A stretch of 64,000 nucleotides of DNA from an uncultured Candidatus Saccharibacteria bacterium (GTDB lineage Bacteria > Patescibacteriota > Minisyncoccia > Minisyncoccales > GWA2-38-27), in contig CAZSQP010000001.1 in NCBI GenBank assembly GCA_964609075.1, forward strand, positions 33,593-97,592, given 5' to 3'. This document shows, one piece after another, positions 61,311 through 64,000 of the stretch. How positions within the stretch are numbered: the first letter of the stretch is position 1; each line of letters starts with the position of its first letter. A program made the position numbers and the translations under genes. A model generated the notes under the pieces. The model was not told where the DNA came from, ran no database searches, and was given only the letters and a program-made list of their open reading frames with translations.

Positions 61311-62677
61311 TTTCTTAATATTTTAGGTTTCTTTTTTGTTAAATCGACTATAATAGAAGGACTTGTTTTAGCTAAATTACCTCCATCTATAATTAAATCG
61401 GGCCTTATTTCTTCTTTTTCAAATTCCCTTAAGACCTCTTTTATTTTAATAAAATATCCCCTGCCTGAGATATTGGCGGAAGTTCCGGTCAGAGGCCTGT
61501 TAACTTCCTTTAATATTTCTTTTACTAGTTTATAATCCGGTATTCTTAAAGCTATTGTCTTTTTATTGGCAGTCACTTTTTTAGATACTCCGTTTCTTCC
61601 CTTTTTTTTCAAAACAACAGTAGTTCTTCCCGGCCAGACTTCTTTTAAAAACTCCTCTTGATCTTTATCTATATGAGCCAGCTTCTTGGCCGTTTTAATG
61701 TCTTTTACAAAAACAGGAAGAGGCTTTTTTTTATCTCTTCCTTTTATTCTATATACTTTTTCTACAGCTTTCTCTGAAGCTGCATCAGCCAAAAGACCGT
61801 AAACTGTATCTGTAGGAGAAGCTACAACCTGACCTCTTTTGATAAAATCTGAAGCTGCACTTACAACGTTTCTTGACTTCTCGGATACCACTTCAAACCT
61901 TTTATTGCGCCAAAAAAGCTTTTTGAACTTTCTCAAGGACTTTACAAAATATGAAAGTTTAATAATGTCTGCTGGATTTCCAAAGTCAAGCCAAATATCT
62001 TTTATTCTTATCACTTTTACCTTTTTTTCTCTAGCTAAAAGATTTATAGCATCTGTAATTTCATACTCTCCTCTGGGAGATTTATTTATTTTACCTAACT
62101 TCTTAAAAATATCTGAAGTAAATTTATACAAACCAGCATTTATAATATTTCCCATAAACTTCTTAGGTTTTTCTACAATTTCTTTCAAAAAGCCTTTTTC
62201 TTCCACTAAAACTCCATACTTTTGGGGAGTCTTATGATAAATACCCGCGACATAAGAGTATTTTCCTCCTTTTCTCATAGCTTTCAAATCTCTTATAGAA
62301 TAAAGATTGTCTCCGCATAAATAGATGAACTGGCTTTTCCCAACTTTCTTTTCCACGCACATTAAAGGACAGGCTGTACCATACATCTTTTTCTTAGGAC
62401 CCAGAATATCATACTGGTTGACTGTTTTAATAGTATACTGAGACTTCCTTAAGCTTTTTTGAGGAGGTCTGTATTTTTTAAGAAAGTCTTCTATTAAATC
62501 AGCCCTATACCCTACTACTAATATTATCTCTCTAAATCCCGCCTTAAAAAGATTATCCAAAAGGTACGCCAAAAAAGGCCTTTTCTTGACCTCTATTAAA
62601 TGCTTACTTTTATTGTTGGTCAGATGCAACATCCGGGTTCCCTCACCCGCAGCAGCAACGACAGCTTTTTTAACCAT
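61307..62677 (-). CDS. Fusion protein: sugar-phosphate nucleotidyltransferase domain + TsaC/Sua5/YrdC threonylcarbamoyl-AMP synthase domain
   Basis: N-terminal AAGEGTRM (NTP_transferase G-x-G-t-R). C-terminal VASPTDTVYGLLADA ... NRPLTGTSANISG (YrdC fold). Confidence 0.7.
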   Translation of the reverse strand: MVKKAVVAAAGEGTRMLHLTNNKSKHLIEVKKRPFLAYLLDNLFKAGFREIILVVGYRADLIEDFLKKYRPPQKSLRKSQYTIKTVNQYDILGPKKKMYGTACPLMCVEKKVGKSQFIYLCGDNLYSIRDLKAMRKGGKYSYVAGIYHKTPQKYGVLVEEKGFLKEIVEKPKKFMGNIINAGLYKFTSDIFKKLGKINKSPRGEYEITDAINLLAREKKVKVIRIKDIWLDFGNPADIIKLSYFVKSLRKFKKLFWRNKRFEVVSEKSRNVVSAASDFIKRGQVVASPTDTVYGLLADAASEKAVEKVYRIKGRDKKKPLPVFVKDIKTAKKLAHIDKDQEEFLKEVWPGRTTVVLKKKGRNGVSKKVTANKKTIALRIPDYKLVKEILKEVNRPLTGTSANISGRGYFIKIKEVLREFEKEEIRPDLIIDGGNLAKTSPSIIVDLTKKKPKILRK

Positions 62678-62724
62678 TTTGATCTATTCCTATCAACTTC
62701 TGTATAGTAATAGAATAAACAATC

Positions 62725-64000
62725 TTAGTCAATAACAATATTCAAAAGCTTATCTTGAACAAAAACGGTCTTTTTTATCTTCTTCCCTTCTATCCATTTC
62801 TTTATCTTCTCAGAAGAAAAAGCTTTCTCTTCTGCTTCCTCTTTATCTATCCCCTTTTCAACCTTCATTTTATCTCTTACTTTCCCGTTTACTTGAATAA
62901 TTAAAGAAACCGCCTCCTCTTCTATTTCCTCAAACTGAGGCCAATCTTGTAAAGAGCACAATTCTTCCCCGCAAAGCTCTTCTACTATGTGAGGGGCAAA
63001 GGGCGAAAGAATCTTTAAAAAGTCCTTAAAGTCCTTCTCAGATATTCCTTTTTTAGAAGCTTCATTTACAAACTCCATTAAAGAGCTAATAGCTGTATTA
63101 AATTTCATAGCTTCAATATCCTCTGAAACTTTCTTTATTGTCTTTTGAAGAAGTTTGTTTATCTCTGGAGGAGATTCTTCTTTGACTTCCATTTTCCAAA
63201 CCTTCTCTAAAAACCTTTCAGCTCCTATAACCCCTTTAGAATCCCAGGGAATCATCTGATCAAAAGGTCCCATAAACATTTCATAAATTCTTAAAACGTC
63301 AGCTCCATACTTTTTTACAACATCGTCTGGATTTACAACGTTTCCTTTAGACTTTGACATTTTGACTCCTCCTTCCCCCAAAATGACTCCGTGAGAAGTT
63401 CTCTTTTTGTAGGGCTCCGGTCCCAATTCTTTGGGTACAGCTCCAATATCCCATAAGAATTTATAAATGAATCTAGAATACAAAAGGTGAAGAGTAGTAT
63501 GCTCCATTCCCCCATTATACCAGTCAACAGGCATAAAATATTCAAGATTTTTTGAAGAAGCCAACTCCTTATCGTTATTAGAATCTGTATACCTTAAATA
63601 ATACCAGTTAGATCCCGCCCAGTTAGGCATAACGTCTGTTTCTCTTCTTCCTTCCCCTCCGCATTTAGGACAAGAAACTTTTATCCATTCTTCTGCCTGT
63701 TCTAAAGGAGAGTTTCCTTCTTTGTCCGGCTTAAAGTCTTTTACTTCGGGCAAAACAACAGGAAGATCTTCTTCTGGCACAGGATTCCATCCGCACTTCT
63801 CACAATAAATCATAGGAGCAGGCTCTCCCCAATAATGCTGGCGGGAAAATATCCAATCTCTTAACTTATAATGAATCTTCTTTTCAGCCTTATCTCCCAG
63901 CCAATCAACTATCTTCTCTCTGGCTTTCTCAGAATTCATTCCGTCAAACCTTCCAGAGTTAACTAAGACTCCTTCTCCTTCATAAGCTCCTTCTTTAGAG
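62725..64000 (-). CDS. leuS: Leucine--tRNA ligase (partial; N-terminal part beyond window end)
   Basis: KMSKSKGN motif and LRDWIFSRQHYWGEP. The reading frame stays open upstream of the track Met (…GVLVNSGRFDG-MNSEK) up to position 64000. Confidence 0.9.
   Translation of the reverse strand, partial: SKEGAYEGEGVLVNSGRFDGMNSEKAREKIVDWLGDKAEKKIHYKLRDWIFSRQHYWGEPAPMIYCEKCGWNPVPEEDLPVVLPEVKDFKPDKEGNSPLEQAEEWIKVSCPKCGGEGRRETDVMPNWAGSNWYYLRYTDSNNDKELASSKNLEYFMPVDWYNGGMEHTTLHLLYSRFIYKFLWDIGAVPKELGPEPYKKRTSHGVILGEGGVKMSKSKGNVVNPDDVVKKYGADVLRIYEMFMGPFDQMIPWDSKGVIGAERFLEKVWKMEVKEESPPEINKLLQKTIKKVSEDIEAMKFNTAISSLMEFVNEASKKGISEKDFKDFLKILSPFAPHIVEELCGEELCSLQDWPQFEEIEEEAVSLIIQVNGKVRDKMKVEKGIDKEEAEEKAFSSEKIKKWIEGKKIKKTVFVQDKLLNIVID

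Overview
AT-rich, gene-dense bacterial window, mostly transcribed on the minus strand. The compact core genes (short ftsZ, truncated mfd, fused nucleotidyltransferase-tsaC) suggest a reduced-genome, CPR/Patescibacteria-like organism; that taxonomic guess is inference only. Layout: (1) 1-15.2 kb is a surface-glycan cluster with glycosyltransferases, a Wzx-like flippase, a WbpA/WbpB/WbpE-like amino-sugar pathway plus formyl-, sulfo- and methyltransferases, and an O-antigen-ligase-like protein. (2) 15.4-26 kb holds secreted or surface proteins, an ECF sigma module and a giant LTD/beta-propeller protein. (3) 20.3-30.4 kb is an accessory stretch with three toxin-antitoxin or abortive-infection modules (Panacea-type, AbiE, RelE/Phd-like) and an intact IS481-like element with a target-site duplication. 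(4) 31.7-55.9 kb and 58.6-64 kb are core genes: clpB, htrA, nagZ, comEC, ftsZ, ftsA, ybeY, rpsU, hisS, lepB, pth, mfd, topA, folD, glyA, leuS. The outstanding feature is a ~2.7 kb insert at 55.95-58.65 kb between tRNA-Leu(CAA) and folD. It contains a more GC-rich 417-aa gene with IS110-transposase/Nop-domain-like motifs. That gene is flanked on both sides by 17 tandem hairpin modules that share a strict scaffold: outer stem, GACG-A-N9-TGTC, inner hairpin, GACG-A-N9-TGTC, outer stem. The two 9-nt loop segments are hypervariable even between modules with identical stems. The modules fall into three transcription units with twin promoters and intrinsic terminators. I read this as a candidate RNA-guided system with arrays of dual-guide RNAs. 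Its nearest analogues are IS110 bridge-RNA loops, box C/D sRNAs and TIGR-Tas.
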